A stretch of DNA of 64,000 bases from Pseudomonadota bacterium (GTDB taxonomy: Bacteria > Pseudomonadota > Gammaproteobacteria > Burkholderiales > Burkholderiaceae_D): positions 4,977 to 68,976 of the forward strand of contig JBFLZJ010000023.1 in the NCBI GenBank assembly GCA_040755875.1, read 5' to 3'. How positions within the stretch are numbered: the first letter of the stretch is position 1; the number at the start of each line of letters is the position of its first letter. The position numbers and the translations under genes were made by a program. The notes below the pieces were generated by a model that was not told the DNA's origin, did no database searches, and worked only from the letters and a program-made list of their open reading frames with translations. Shown here one piece after another: positions 37,451 to 46,651 of this stretch.

Positions 37451-38656
37451 ATGAACAGGAAACAGACCATCATGATCGCGCTGATGTGCGCGGTCGCCGC
37501 CATCCTCGCCGCGCTGATGCTTTGGCGCCAGCCGCCCGCGCCCTCGAACGGGGAGCACGCCGCGCATCAGGATTCGCACGGCCACGACGACCGCCATCCC
37601 GAGCCGCAGGCGGCCGAGGCTGACGAAGAGAGCGGCATCGCGATGAGCGAGGCCCAGATCCGCGGCAACGGCATCGCGATCGACAAGGCGGGACCCGCCC
37701 GGATCCGGGAACACCTGCACCTGCCGGCCCAGGTCCGGGTCGATGCCGAGCGCAGCGTGGCCCTGGCCGCGCCCGCCCAGGGCATCGTGGAATCGGTGCC
37801 GGTGTCGGTCGGCAGCAGCGTGAAGCAGGGCCAGCCCCTGGTCGTGGTCCGCAGCCCGGCGGTGGCCGGCTGGCGCGCCGACGACGCCAGCGCGCGTGCG
37901 CGGCTGGCGCTGGCCCGCACCACGCATGCGCGCGAGCGCAGCCTGTGGGAGCAGGGCATCTCGGCGCGCCAGGACCTGGACGCCGCCGAGGCCGCCCTGC
38001 GCGAAGCCGGGATCGCCGCCGCCGCCGCGCGCCAGCGCCTCGCGGCCCTCGGCATCAAGCCGGACGAGGAGGTGTCGAGCGCCGTGACGGTGCGCGCGCC
38101 TTTCGACGGCGTGGTGATCGACAAGCCGGCCGTCGCCGGCCAGTCGGTCGGCGAGACCGCGGCCCTGCTGACGCTGGCCGACCTGTCGCAGGTATGGATC
38201 GAGGCGGCGGTGCCGGGCGACAGCCTGGCCCAGGTGGCGACCGGCATGCCGGCCGAGGTGGTCATCGCGGCCCAGCCCGGGCAATTCTCGGGCACGGTCT
38301 CCTTCGTCGGTCCGGTGCTGGGCGAAGCCACGCGCATGGCCACGGCCCGGGTAACGCTGCCCAATCCGGGCCTGCGCCTGCGTCCCGGCATGCTGGCCAC
38401 GGTCGACCTGCTTGGCCAGGAGGCGAGCGTGCCGGTAGCGGTGGCCAGCGAGGCCATCCAGATCGTCCACGAGCGCAGCGTGGTGTTCGTGCGCACGGCA
38501 AGCGGCTTCCGGGCCCAGGAAGTGACGCCGGGACGGTCCGACGGCAAGCGCACCGAGATCCTCAAGGGCCTGGACGCGGGGACCGCGTATGCGGGCAGCG
38601 GCGCTTTTCTCCTGAAGGCGGAGCTCGGCAAGGGCGAAGCCGAGCATGGTCACTGA
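37451..38656 (+). CDS. czcB: Heavy-metal RND membrane fusion protein
   Basis: His-rich N-terminus, VRAPFDGVV, LRPGM and C-terminal KAELGKGEAEHGH. Confidence 0.9.
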   Translation: MNRKQTIMIALMCAVAAILAALMLWRQPPAPSNGEHAAHQDSHGHDDRHPEPQAAEADEESGIAMSEAQIRGNGIAIDKAGPARIREHLHLPAQVRVDAERSVALAAPAQGIVESVPVSVGSSVKQGQPLVVVRSPAVAGWRADDASARARLALARTTHARERSLWEQGISARQDLDAAEAALREAGIAAAAARQRLAALGIKPDEEVSSAVTVRAPFDGVVIDKPAVAGQSVGETAALLTLADLSQVWIEAAVPGDSLAQVATGMPAEVVIAAQPGQFSGTVSFVGPVLGEATRMATARVTLPNPGLRLRPGMLATVDLLGQEASVPVAVASEAIQIVHERSVVFVRTASGFRAQEVTPGRSDGKRTEILKGLDAGTAYAGSGAFLLKAELGKGEAEHGH

Positions 38657-38666
38657 AGGGGCGGCC

Positions 38667-41600
38667 ATGTTCGACAAACTCATTGCCTTCGTCATCGCCC
38701 GCCGCGCGCTGGTGATCTTCGCCGTCCTCTGCCTGTGCGGCCTGGGCGTCTACAGCTATGGACGCCTGCCCATCGACGCCGTGCCCGACATCACCAACGT
38801 CCAGGTGCAGATCAATACGGCCGCGCCGGGCTACTCGCCGCTCGAGGTCGAGCAGCGCATCACCTTCCCGATCGAGACCGTGATGAGCGGCCTGCCCGGC
38901 CTGGAGCAGACCCGCTCGCTCTCGAAGTACGGGCTGTCCCAGGTCACCGTCGTATTCAGGGACGGCACCGACATCTGGTTCGCGCGCCAGCTCGTGAACG
39001 AGCGCCTGCAGGGCGCCAAGGCGGGCCTGCCCGAGGGCCTGGAGCCGGCCATGGGGCCGACCGCCACCGGCCTGGGCGAGATCTTCTACTGGACCGTGGA
39101 AGCGAAGGAGGGCGCGCGCAAGGCCGACGGCAGCCCCTACACGCCGATGGACCTGCGCGAGATCCAGGACTGGATCGTGGCGCCCCAGCTGCGCGGCGTC
39201 GCCGGCGTCACCGAGGTGAACACCATCGGCGGCTACCTGAAGGAATACCTGGTGGCGCCCGACATGGACCGGCTGGCGGCGCACGGGCTGTCGCTGGCGA
39301 CCCTGGTCGCCGCGATCGACCGCAACAACGCCAACGCCGGCGCCGGCTACATCGAGCGCGGCGGCGAGCAGTTCGTGGTGCGCACGCCGGGGCAGGTGAA
39401 GTCGCTGGAAGAGATCCGCAACATCGTGCTCGACGTCGTCGACGGCGCGCCGATCCGGGTGCGCGACGTCGCCGAGGTCGACATCGGACGCGAGCTGCGC
39501 ACCGGCGCCGCCACCGAGAACGGGCGCGAGGTGGTGCTGGGCGCGGTCTTCATGCTGATCGGCGAGAACAGCCGCGCGGTGGCGGAGAGCGCGCGCCGCA
39601 AGCTGGAACAGGTGAACCGTTCGCTGCCGGCCGGCGTGCAGGCGCTGCCGGTCTACGACCGCTCGGTGCTGGTCAACAAGGCGATCGCCACCGTGCGCAC
39701 CAACCTGGTCGAAGGCGCGCTGCTGGTCGTGGCCATCCTCTTCCTTTTCCTGGGCAACCTGCGCGCGGCCCTGATCACGGCCCTGGTGATTCCGCTGACG
39801 ATGCTGATGGTCTTCACCGGCATGGTCGAGGCTGGGGTCAGCGCCAACCTGATGAGCCTGGGCGCGCTCGACTTCGGCATCATCGTCGACGGCGCCGTCG
39901 TCATCGTCGAGAACTGCATCCGGCGCCTCGGCATTGCCCAGGGCGCGGCCGGCCGGCCGCTCACGCGCGAGGAACGCTTCGCCGAGGTCGCCCGGGCCGC
40001 CGCCGAGGCGCGCCGTCCGCTGCTGTTCGGCCAGCTGATCATCATGACGGTCTACCTGCCGATCTTCGCCCTGTCGGGCATCGAAGGGCGGATGTTCCAC
40101 CCGATGGCCATCACCGTGGTGCTGGCCCTGGGGGCGGCGATGATCCTCTCGGTCACCTTCGTGCCGGCGGCGGTGGCGCTGTTCGTCACCCGCGCCGTGC
40201 CCGAGCACGAGAACCGCATCATGGACAGGGCGCGCGGCGTCTACCGGCGCCTGCTCGACTGGGTCCTGCGCAACCGTCCGGTGGCGCTCGGCTTCGCGCT
40301 GCTCAGCGTGCTGCTGTCAGGCCTGCTCGCCACCCGTCTCGGCGCCGAGTTCGCGCCCAACCTGGACGAGGGCGACCTGGCGGTCCTGACCATGCGTATT
40401 CCCGGAACCAGCCTGACCCAGTCGGTGGCGATGCAGCAGCAGCTCGAAGCGGCGCTCCTGAAGCAGTTCCCCGAGATCGAGCGCATGTTCGCCCGCGTCG
40501 GCACGGCCGAGGTGGCGACCGACCCGATGCCGCCGAACGCGGCCGACAGCTACATCATGCTGCGTCCCCAGAAGGACTGGCCGGCGCCGCGCAGGACGCA
40601 TGCCGAGCTGGTGGAGGCGATCACGGCAGCGGCCAACCGCATACCGGGCAACAGCTACGAGTTTTCGCAGCCGATCCAGCTGCGCTTCAACGAGCTGATC
40701 TCCGGCGTGCGCAGCGACATCGCGGTCAAGGTCTTCGGCGACGACACCGAGGCGATGACGGATGCCGCCCAGCAGGTCGCCCGGGTGCTCGGCAAGGTGG
40801 CCGGGGCGGCCGAGGTGAAGGTCGAGCAGACCGAAGGACTGCCGGCGCTGACCCTGAACGTGGACCGCATCAAGGCCGCGCGCTACGGCCTGAACGTGGC
40901 CGACGTCCAGGAGGCCTTCGGCACCCTGGTCGGCGGACGCGACGTCGGCATGGTGTTCGAGGGCGACCGCCGCTTCGCCATCACGGTGCGCCTGCCGGAG
41001 GGCCTGCGCAAGGACCTCGACAGCCTGCGCCGGCTGCCGATGGCGCTGCCGGCGCAGGACGGCCGCGCGGCCAGCATCCCGCTGTCCGAGATCGCCACCC
41101 TGTCCTTCGTGCCCGAAGCGAACCAGATCAGCCGCGAGAACGGCAAGCGGCGCGTGGTGGTGACGGCCAATGTGCGCGGGCGCGACCTCGGCTCCTTCGT
41201 GGCCGAGCTCGAGCGCGGACTGGCGGGGGTGAAGCTGCCGCCGGGGACCTGGCTGAGCCTGGGCGGGCAGTTCGAGAACCTGCAGGCGGCCAGCCAGCGC
41301 CTGGCGCTGGTGATTCCGGCGGCGCTGGCCCTGGTGTTCGCGCTGCTCTACCTGATGTTCAACAGCCTCAAGGACGGCCTGCTGGTCTTCAGCGGCATCC
41401 CCTTCGCCATGACCGGCGGCGTGCTGGCCCTGTGGCTGCGCGGCCTGCCGCTGTCGATCTCGGCGGCGGTCGGCTTCATCGCGCTCTCGGGCGTGGCCGT
41501 GCTCAACGGGCTGGTGATGATGTCGTTCGTGCGCGCGCTGCGCGAACAGGGGCAGGGACCCGAACAGGCCATGCGCGCAGGCGCCGAGGCGCGCCTGCGG

Positions 41601-41813
41601 GCGGTCCTGTTGACGGCCCTGGTCGCCTCGCTCGGCTTCCTGCCGATGGCGCTGGCGACCAGCACCGGGGCCGAGGTGCAAAGGCCGCTGGCGACTGTGG
41701 TCATCGGCGGCATCCTGTCGTCGACGGCGCTGACGCTCTTGATCCTGCCGGCGCTGTACACCTGGGCGCATGGGGGAGGGCGCGGGGGGCGTCAGCGAGT
41801 GCTCCTGGGTTAA
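38667..41813 (+). CDS. czcA: Heavy-metal efflux RND transporter (CusA/CzcA family)
   Basis: LPIDAVPDITNVQVQINT, ALDFGIIVDGAVVIVEN and GAEVQRPLATVVIGG. Confidence 0.95.
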   Translation: MFDKLIAFVIARRALVIFAVLCLCGLGVYSYGRLPIDAVPDITNVQVQINTAAPGYSPLEVEQRITFPIETVMSGLPGLEQTRSLSKYGLSQVTVVFRDGTDIWFARQLVNERLQGAKAGLPEGLEPAMGPTATGLGEIFYWTVEAKEGARKADGSPYTPMDLREIQDWIVAPQLRGVAGVTEVNTIGGYLKEYLVAPDMDRLAAHGLSLATLVAAIDRNNANAGAGYIERGGEQFVVRTPGQVKSLEEIRNIVLDVVDGAPIRVRDVAEVDIGRELRTGAATENGREVVLGAVFMLIGENSRAVAESARRKLEQVNRSLPAGVQALPVYDRSVLVNKAIATVRTNLVEGALLVVAILFLFLGNLRAALITALVIPLTMLMVFTGMVEAGVSANLMSLGALDFGIIVDGAVVIVENCIRRLGIAQGAAGRPLTREERFAEVARAAAEARRPLLFGQLIIMTVYLPIFALSGIEGRMFHPMAITVVLALGAAMILSVTFVPAAVALFVTRAVPEHENRIMDRARGVYRRLLDWVLRNRPVALGFALLSVLLSGLLATRLGAEFAPNLDEGDLAVLTMRIPGTSLTQSVAMQQQLEAALLKQFPEIERMFARVGTAEVATDPMPPNAADSYIMLRPQKDWPAPRRTHAELVEAITAAANRIPGNSYEFSQPIQLRFNELISGVRSDIAVKVFGDDTEAMTDAAQQVARVLGKVAGAAEVKVEQTEGLPALTLNVDRIKAARYGLNVADVQEAFGTLVGGRDVGMVFEGDRRFAITVRLPEGLRKDLDSLRRLPMALPAQDGRAASIPLSEIATLSFVPEANQISRENGKRRVVVTANVRGRDLGSFVAELERGLAGVKLPPGTWLSLGGQFENLQAASQRLALVIPAALALVFALLYLMFNSLKDGLLVFSGIPFAMTGGVLALWLRGLPLSISAAVGFIALSGVAVLNGLVMMSFVRALREQGQGPEQAMRAGAEARLRAVLLTALVASLGFLPMALATSTGAEVQRPLATVVIGGILSSTALTLLILPALYTWAHGGGRGGRQRVLLG

Positions 41814-41917
41814 ACTGCCCGCGTATCGGCGAGTCACGGCGGCTCGCCGGCATGACACGAGCTTGCGCTCGACCGATCGATCCGATCCGGGTGCGCGCAT
41901 TTCGAGGGGAACCGAAC

Positions 41918-42217
41918 GTGACATTCGAAGAATGGGGAGAAGTCGTCAGGACCGGCACGTTCCTGTATGACGGTGCGGTCAGCTGTGACCTGCGGATTGT
42001 CCGCAGCCCCATCCGGTATGGCTCCGGAGACTGGGAAGACCCTCCCGAGATCGCCAACGACCAGGAGCTGGAAACCTTCTACGTCCAGTATGGGAGTTCC
42101 ACGGAGCGCGGACGCTTCAACGCAGGAGGCGGTGGCCATGACACCCTGCGCGACGCCATGGAGGCGACTCAAGCCGCACCCGGCATCGGGCCCACGGTGC
42201 AATGGGACGTCGACTAG
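41918..42217 (+). CDS. Small acidic hypothetical protein
   Basis: GTG start after GAGGGG; FEEWGEVVRTGTFLYDG...QWDVD*. It is the real tail of shadow ORF 38735..42217. Confidence 0.6.
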   Translation: MTFEEWGEVVRTGTFLYDGAVSCDLRIVRSPIRYGSGDWEDPPEIANDQELETFYVQYGSSTERGRFNAGGGGHDTLRDAMEATQAAPGIGPTVQWDVD

Positions 42218-42252
42218 ACATGGCGCGCCATCCGGACAGGGAGATAGGACAG

Positions 42253-42597
42253 ATGGGCTTCTTCAAGAATGCCTGGGACCTGCGGGATCGGGTAAACCGC
42301 TCCCCCGTTGTGATCGCGCTCATGCTGCTATTGCTTGGGGGCTTCACATATTCGATCCACTGGAGAGACGATCCTTCCCGTGATGGGGCCGAGAAGCTCG
42401 TTCGGGCAGATGCGGCGATTGCGCAGGCTGCCGGCGACATACGCCGTGTCAATCTGAAAAGGGTCGCCCATGGGGCGTGTGGACCACAGTGCTCCGCTTA
42501 TACATTCAGCGTAGTCGGCACGCGCGCCATTGTGCGTGTAACGGTCGAGGCCCGGGCCGGCGCTCAGGGGAAGCCGGACCTTCGGATTCCGCGCTAA
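42253..42597 (+). CDS. Small single-TM hypothetical protein
   Basis: MGFFKNAW..., TM segment VVIALMLLLLGGFTY, CGPQC; codon usage atypical for the window. Confidence 0.5.
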   Translation: MGFFKNAWDLRDRVNRSPVVIALMLLLLGGFTYSIHWRDDPSRDGAEKLVRADAAIAQAAGDIRRVNLKRVAHGACGPQCSAYTFSVVGTRAIVRVTVEARAGAQGKPDLRIPR

Positions 42598-42636
42598 GGA
42601 GCTGCGCCAGGTAGCCGGCCCCGGAAACTGGCCTGC

Positions 42637-43590
42637 TCACCCGCGGTAATGCACCTCGATCGTCGAATGCACGATCTCTTCGTGCACCGCGAGCCGCTCG
42701 CGTACCTTGTCCGCGGTGAGGGTGTGGTCGCGCGTGACCACGCCCAGCGCGCAGGCATAGGACTCGCGGCCGACGCGCCAGACGTGCAGGTCGACGATGC
42801 GGGTGTCGCCATCCGCATTGTCTTCCACGACCTCGCGGATCTCGGCGACGACCGGGGCGTCCATCTCGCGGTCGAGCAGGACCTTGCCGGTGTCGACGAT
42901 GAGGTTCTTCGCCCACACCGCCACCAGCACGGCGCCGACGATGCCCATCAGCGGATCGAGCCAGGCCCAGCCGAAGAACCAGCCGCCGAACAGGGCGGCG
43001 ATCGCCAGCACCGAGGTGGCGGCGTCGGCGATCACGTGCACGTAGGCCGACTTCAGGTTCAGGTCGTGGTGGTGGTGACCATGGCCGTGGCCATGGCTGT
43101 GGCCATGATCGTGGCCGTGATGGTGGGCGCCGCCGAGGATGAAGGCGCACACCACGTTCACCACCAGGCCGAGCACGGCAACGATGATCGCGTCGCGGTA
43201 GTGGATGGGCGAGGGCGCGAAGAAGCGCTCGATCGAACTGGTGGCCATGAGGGCGGCGATGCCGAGCAGGGAGACGGCGCTGGTGTAGCCGGCCAGGATC
43301 TCGATCTTCCAGGTGCCGAAGGCGAAGCGCGGGTCGTTCGCATACTTGCGCGCGGCCGCGTAGGCGAAGGTGCTCAGGCCGATCGCCAGGGTATGCGAGC
43401 TCATGTGCCAGCCGTCGGCCAGCAGGGCCATGGAATTGAACCACCAGCCGGCGGCGATCTCGACGACCATCATGACCGCCGTGATCCACATCACCAGTCG
43501 CGTGCCGCGCTCGGCGGCATGGCTGCCTTGATCGAACACGTGGTCGTGGGTCCAGTGGGAGAGGTCGTCGGGCTGTCGGGTGGTGTTCAT
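42637..43590 (-). CDS. dmeF: CDF family Co(II)/Ni(II) efflux transporter DmeF
   Basis: LADGWHMSSH, His-rich loop, NLKSAYVHVIADA and VHSTIEV. Confidence 0.93.
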   Translation of the reverse strand: MNTTRQPDDLSHWTHDHVFDQGSHAAERGTRLVMWITAVMMVVEIAAGWWFNSMALLADGWHMSSHTLAIGLSTFAYAAARKYANDPRFAFGTWKIEILAGYTSAVSLLGIAALMATSSIERFFAPSPIHYRDAIIVAVLGLVVNVVCAFILGGAHHHGHDHGHSHGHGHGHHHHDLNLKSAYVHVIADAATSVLAIAALFGGWFFGWAWLDPLMGIVGAVLVAVWAKNLIVDTGKVLLDREMDAPVVAEIREVVEDNADGDTRIVDLHVWRVGRESYACALGVVTRDHTLTADKVRERLAVHEEIVHSTIEVHYRG

Positions 43591-43612
43591 ATCGTTCCTG
43601 TGGGTCAGGCGC

Positions 43613-43789
43613 TTACTTGCCCGCCAGTTTACTTTCTCGGCGTGCGCGCTCGTTGATGATCTGGTGGCGCCGGTGGTCGGTCATCTTCTTCCATTCGCGC
43701 GCCTCGGGCCGGGTGCGCAGGCAGCCGGTGCAAAAGCCGGTACGGCCATCGAAGCTGCACAGTTCGATGCAGGGGGACTTGACTGCCAT
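43613..43789 (-). CDS. DUF1289 domain small Cys-rich protein
   Basis: MAVKSPCIELCSFD..GFCTGCLRT..E..EW. Confidence 0.85.
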   Translation of the reverse strand: MAVKSPCIELCSFDGRTGFCTGCLRTRPEAREWKKMTDHRRHQIINERARRESKLAGK

Positions 43790-43794
43790 GGCGC

Positions 43795-44070
43795 CTACTT
43801 GAGGTAGCTGCGCACGACCTCGACCAGCTCGTCGGCGCCCTTGCTGCGTTCGCCGGCGTCGAGCGCGGGGGCGGCCACGTGCTCGCGGATGTGGTCCTCG
43901 ATCACCCCGGCCATCAGGCCGTTCATGCCGCCGCGGGCGGCCGCCAGCAGGTGCAGGATCTCGGCGCAGTCCTGCTCGGCCTCGAGGGCGCGCTCGACGG
44001 CCTCGAGCTGGCCGCGGATCCGGCGGACCCGGTTCAGCAGTTTCGTTTTTTCGCGTGCGGTATGGCTCAT
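43795..44070 (-). CDS. dmeR: RcnR/FrmR/DmeR family metal-sensing repressor
   Basis: MSHT...KLLNRVRRIRGQ..., CAEILH and EDHIREHV; GAGGAGG RBS. Confidence 0.92.
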   Translation of the reverse strand: MSHTAREKTKLLNRVRRIRGQLEAVERALEAEQDCAEILHLLAAARGGMNGLMAGVIEDHIREHVAAPALDAGERSKGADELVEVVRSYLK

Positions 44071-44091
44071 GCATCCTCCTCGGGGCGCATC

Positions 44092-44113
44092 ATAGCATAG
44101 GGGGGTAGGGTAT
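44092..44113 (-). promoter_or_regulatory. DmeR/RcnR-type operator
   Basis: Plus strand ATAGCATA-GGGGGG-TAGGGTAT: a G/C6 tract flanked by AT-rich inverted arms, immediately upstream of dmeR. Confidence 0.78.
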
Positions 44114-44218
44114 ACGGCATGGGGTCCGGGGTATGTATGTTGATTCAAGTGCAATCCTCAACGTACACTTGAGCGCGATAGATGTCCGCCACCCTGTCGT
44201 CGACCACCGAGGACCACC

Positions 44219-44953
44219 ATGCCGCATCCGCATTCATCGCCCGGCAAGCGCCCGATCCAGTCCCTTGCCCGCCTGGCCGGCCTGCTCTACCTGCTCGTCA
44301 TCGTCATCGGCGTGCTGGGCGAGGGGCTGGTCAGGGGAACGCTGGTGGTGTCGCGCGACCCGGAAGCGACGGCGCGCAATATCCGCGCGGCCGAGCCGCT
44401 GTGGCGCCTGGGCGTTGCGGGACAGGACCTGCTGCTGGTCTGCGCCCTCGGGATGACCTTCATCTGGTACGTGCTGCTGCGCCCGGTGAACGGCAGGCTC
44501 GCCCTGCTGGCGGTGTTGTTTGGGCTGACGTCGCTGGCCGTCGAGAGCGTCGCCGCGCTGCACCTGCATGCGGTGCTGACGCCGCTGTCCGATGCCGCCT
44601 ACCTGAAGGCGGTGGCCCCGCAGCTGCTGCACCTGATGGCCTACCAGTCGGTGGTCGCGCATGCGCAGGCCTTCGGCCTGGCGCTGATCTTCTTCGGGGT
44701 GGAGTGCCTCATCGTCGGGCACCTGGTCCGCCAGTCGGGCTTCTTCCCCAGGGCGATCGGCACGGCGATGCAGGTGGCGGGCGCCTGCTATCTGGTCAAC
44801 AGCTTCAGCATGATCCTGTCGCCGGCCCTGCAGGACCTGCTGTTCCCCTTCATCCTGCTGCCGCCCTTCCTCGCCGAGAGCGCATTCTGTCTCTACCTGC
44901 TGGTCAAGGGCGTCGACCTGCCCGCCTGGGAGCGGCGCACAGCCTGCGCCTGA
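44219..44953 (+). CDS. DUF4386-type multi-TM membrane protein
   Basis: ARLAGLLYLLVIV, LIFFG..CLIVGHLVRQSGFFPRAIG and E..FCLYLLVKGV. Confidence 0.8.
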   Translation: MPHPHSSPGKRPIQSLARLAGLLYLLVIVIGVLGEGLVRGTLVVSRDPEATARNIRAAEPLWRLGVAGQDLLLVCALGMTFIWYVLLRPVNGRLALLAVLFGLTSLAVESVAALHLHAVLTPLSDAAYLKAVAPQLLHLMAYQSVVAHAQAFGLALIFFGVECLIVGHLVRQSGFFPRAIGTAMQVAGACYLVNSFSMILSPALQDLLFPFILLPPFLAESAFCLYLLVKGVDLPAWERRTACA

Positions 44954-44974
44954 GAGCGGGGCCGCGGCGCCGGC

Positions 44975-45490
44975 TCAGGCCTCGGCCCAGAGCCGCTCGC
45001 CGGTATGCTCCATGTGCGTCAGGTAGAGCCGCAGGTCGAACTCGTACTGGTGGTACTGCGGCTCCATCCAGCAGCACAGCTTGTAGAAGGCCTTGTCGTG
45101 CTGTTTTTCCTTCAGGTGGGCCAGCTCGTGCACGGCGATCATGCGCAGGAACTCGGGCGGGGCGTCGCGGAACACGCTGGCGATGCGGATCTCGTGCTTG
45201 GCCTTGAGCTTGCTGCCCTGGACGCGCGAAATGGCCGTGTGCAGGCCGAGCGCGTGCTGGACCACGTGGATCTTGCTGTCGTAGGCGACCTTCGAGACCG
45301 GTTCGGCGTTGCGCAGGTACTCGTCCTTCAAGTCCTGCACGTAGTCGTAGAGCGCGCGGTCGGTGCGCAGGCCGTGGGCGCGCGGGTAGCGCGTGCGCAG
45401 CAGGGCGCCGAGGCGGTTCTCGGCCAGCAGGCCGGCGGCCTGGCGGCGCAGCTGTTCGGGATAGGCGGTCAGGTACTTGAGCTCTTGCAT
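44975..45490 (-). CDS. YgjP-like metal-dependent hydrolase (M48-like, HEXXH)
   Basis: LKYLTAYP...HELAHLKEKQHDKAFYKLC. Confidence 0.9.
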   Translation of the reverse strand: MQELKYLTAYPEQLRRQAAGLLAENRLGALLRTRYPRAHGLRTDRALYDYVQDLKDEYLRNAEPVSKVAYDSKIHVVQHALGLHTAISRVQGSKLKAKHEIRIASVFRDAPPEFLRMIAVHELAHLKEKQHDKAFYKLCCWMEPQYHQYEFDLRLYLTHMEHTGERLWAEA

Positions 45491-45579
45491 AGGGGCGGGA
45501 ATGTACCACAGGCGTGCGCCGCCGGCGATGGGCTCGTCCTATCCTGTTGGTTTCGACAGCCAACATGAGGAGGACCGCA

Positions 45580-45912
45580 ATGAAACTCGACAACTTCCAG
45601 AGCTGCATCGATGCCTGCAATGCCTGCGCCACGGCCTGCGACAACTGCGCCGCGTCCTGCCTGCGGGAAGAGGACGTCAAGATGATGGCGCGCTGCATCG
45701 CCCTCGACATGGACTGCAGCCAGGTATGCCGGCTGGCCGCCGGCGTGATGGCGCGCGCCAGCGAGCACGCGGCCGCGGTCTGCCGCCTGTGCGCCGACAT
45801 CTGCCGGGCCTGCGCCGAGGAGTGCGGGAAGCACCAGATGGACCACTGCCAGCAATGCGCGGCCGCCTGCCGGCGCTGCGCCGAGGAATGCGAGCGGATG
45901 GCGGCTGCCTGA
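45580..45912 (+). CDS. Four-helix-bundle copper storage protein (Csp3/DUF326)
   Basis: 19 Cys in CX2-3C repeats; no signal peptide; GAGGAGG RBS. Confidence 0.92.
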   Translation: MKLDNFQSCIDACNACATACDNCAASCLREEDVKMMARCIALDMDCSQVCRLAAGVMARASEHAAAVCRLCADICRACAEECGKHQMDHCQQCAAACRRCAEECERMAAA

Positions 45913-46124
45913 GCCAGGCCCGCGTCTGGCCGGCGTACGGCCTGGAGACGCGCGCCTGCGCCGCGCCAGGCGCCGCGCAGGCAAAGAAATGGAAGAGATG
46001 GAGGATGGGAACGGGAAGAAGGCCCCGTCCGGGTCCTTCCCGATCTGACCGGCTCGCCAATCCGGCCCGGCTCATCCGTCGATGGCCCGGGCCGGATTGG
46101 CAGCGCAAGCCACAAGGCCTGCGC

Positions 46125-46481
46125 TTACTGCTCCTTGCCCCCCTGGCGGTTGCCCGCCGACTTGGCGGCGTTGGCCGCGCGGTTTGCCGATTGCCGGCTT
46201 TCGCCGCCCTTGCGACCGATGTCGGCCATGTGTGCACGGTTGCGGCTCACCGCCTCACCGCCTTTCTGCCCGGCGCGGCGCGCTTCTTCGGAATCGAATT
46301 CGTGCGCCGTGCCTTTCTGGTGGGCGGCCTGGCCGCCCTTGCTGGCGATCTCGCGCTGCTGGTTCTGGTCCATCGCCGCGAAACCGCGTTTGGCGGGACC
46401 GCTGCCGCTGCCGCTGCCGCTTTTCTGCGCGCTGCCGCCGGAGCTGCCCGCGCTCTTGCCGCTCTCCTTACTCGTCGCCAT
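46125..46481 (-). CDS. KGG-repeat general stress protein (YciG/GsiB-like)
   Basis: RGFAAMDQNQQREIASKGG, ARRAGQKGG and HMADIGRKGG repeats. Confidence 0.92.
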   Translation of the reverse strand: MATSKESGKSAGSSGGSAQKSGSGSGSGPAKRGFAAMDQNQQREIASKGGQAAHQKGTAHEFDSEEARRAGQKGGEAVSRNRAHMADIGRKGGESRQSANRAANAAKSAGNRQGGKEQ

Positions 46482-46651
46482 GTCGCTCTCCTGGTTGCCC
46501 TGCACATGAATGGAATTGAACGCAGCATTGCCGCGCTCGTGCGGTTAGAGACACAGCCGGTTTGATAGTTCCGTCAGCTTGCTGCGTCATGCAGGGCGCC
46601 ACGGCACGCCGCGCCGACCGCACTCCGGCCGGCGCGGCGTGTCATCGATCA

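Noticed and set aside
38735-42217. 1160-aa plus-strand ORF overlapping czcA
   Set aside because: Out-of-frame Arg/Gly/Pro-rich shadow; only its last 99 codons (41918-42217) look like a real gene.
43060-43120. Short tandem repeats (catggccgtggc-like) in dmeF
   Set aside because: They simply encode the His/Gly-rich loop typical of DmeF.
44140-44172. TCAAGTG-N14-CACTTGA dyad over a TTGATT-N18-TACACT promoter (MerR-like?)
   Set aside because: The spacer is 18 rather than 19-20 bp, the dyad is not centred like MerR/SoxR boxes, and no MerR gene is nearby. It is plausible only as an ordinary sigma-70 promoter.
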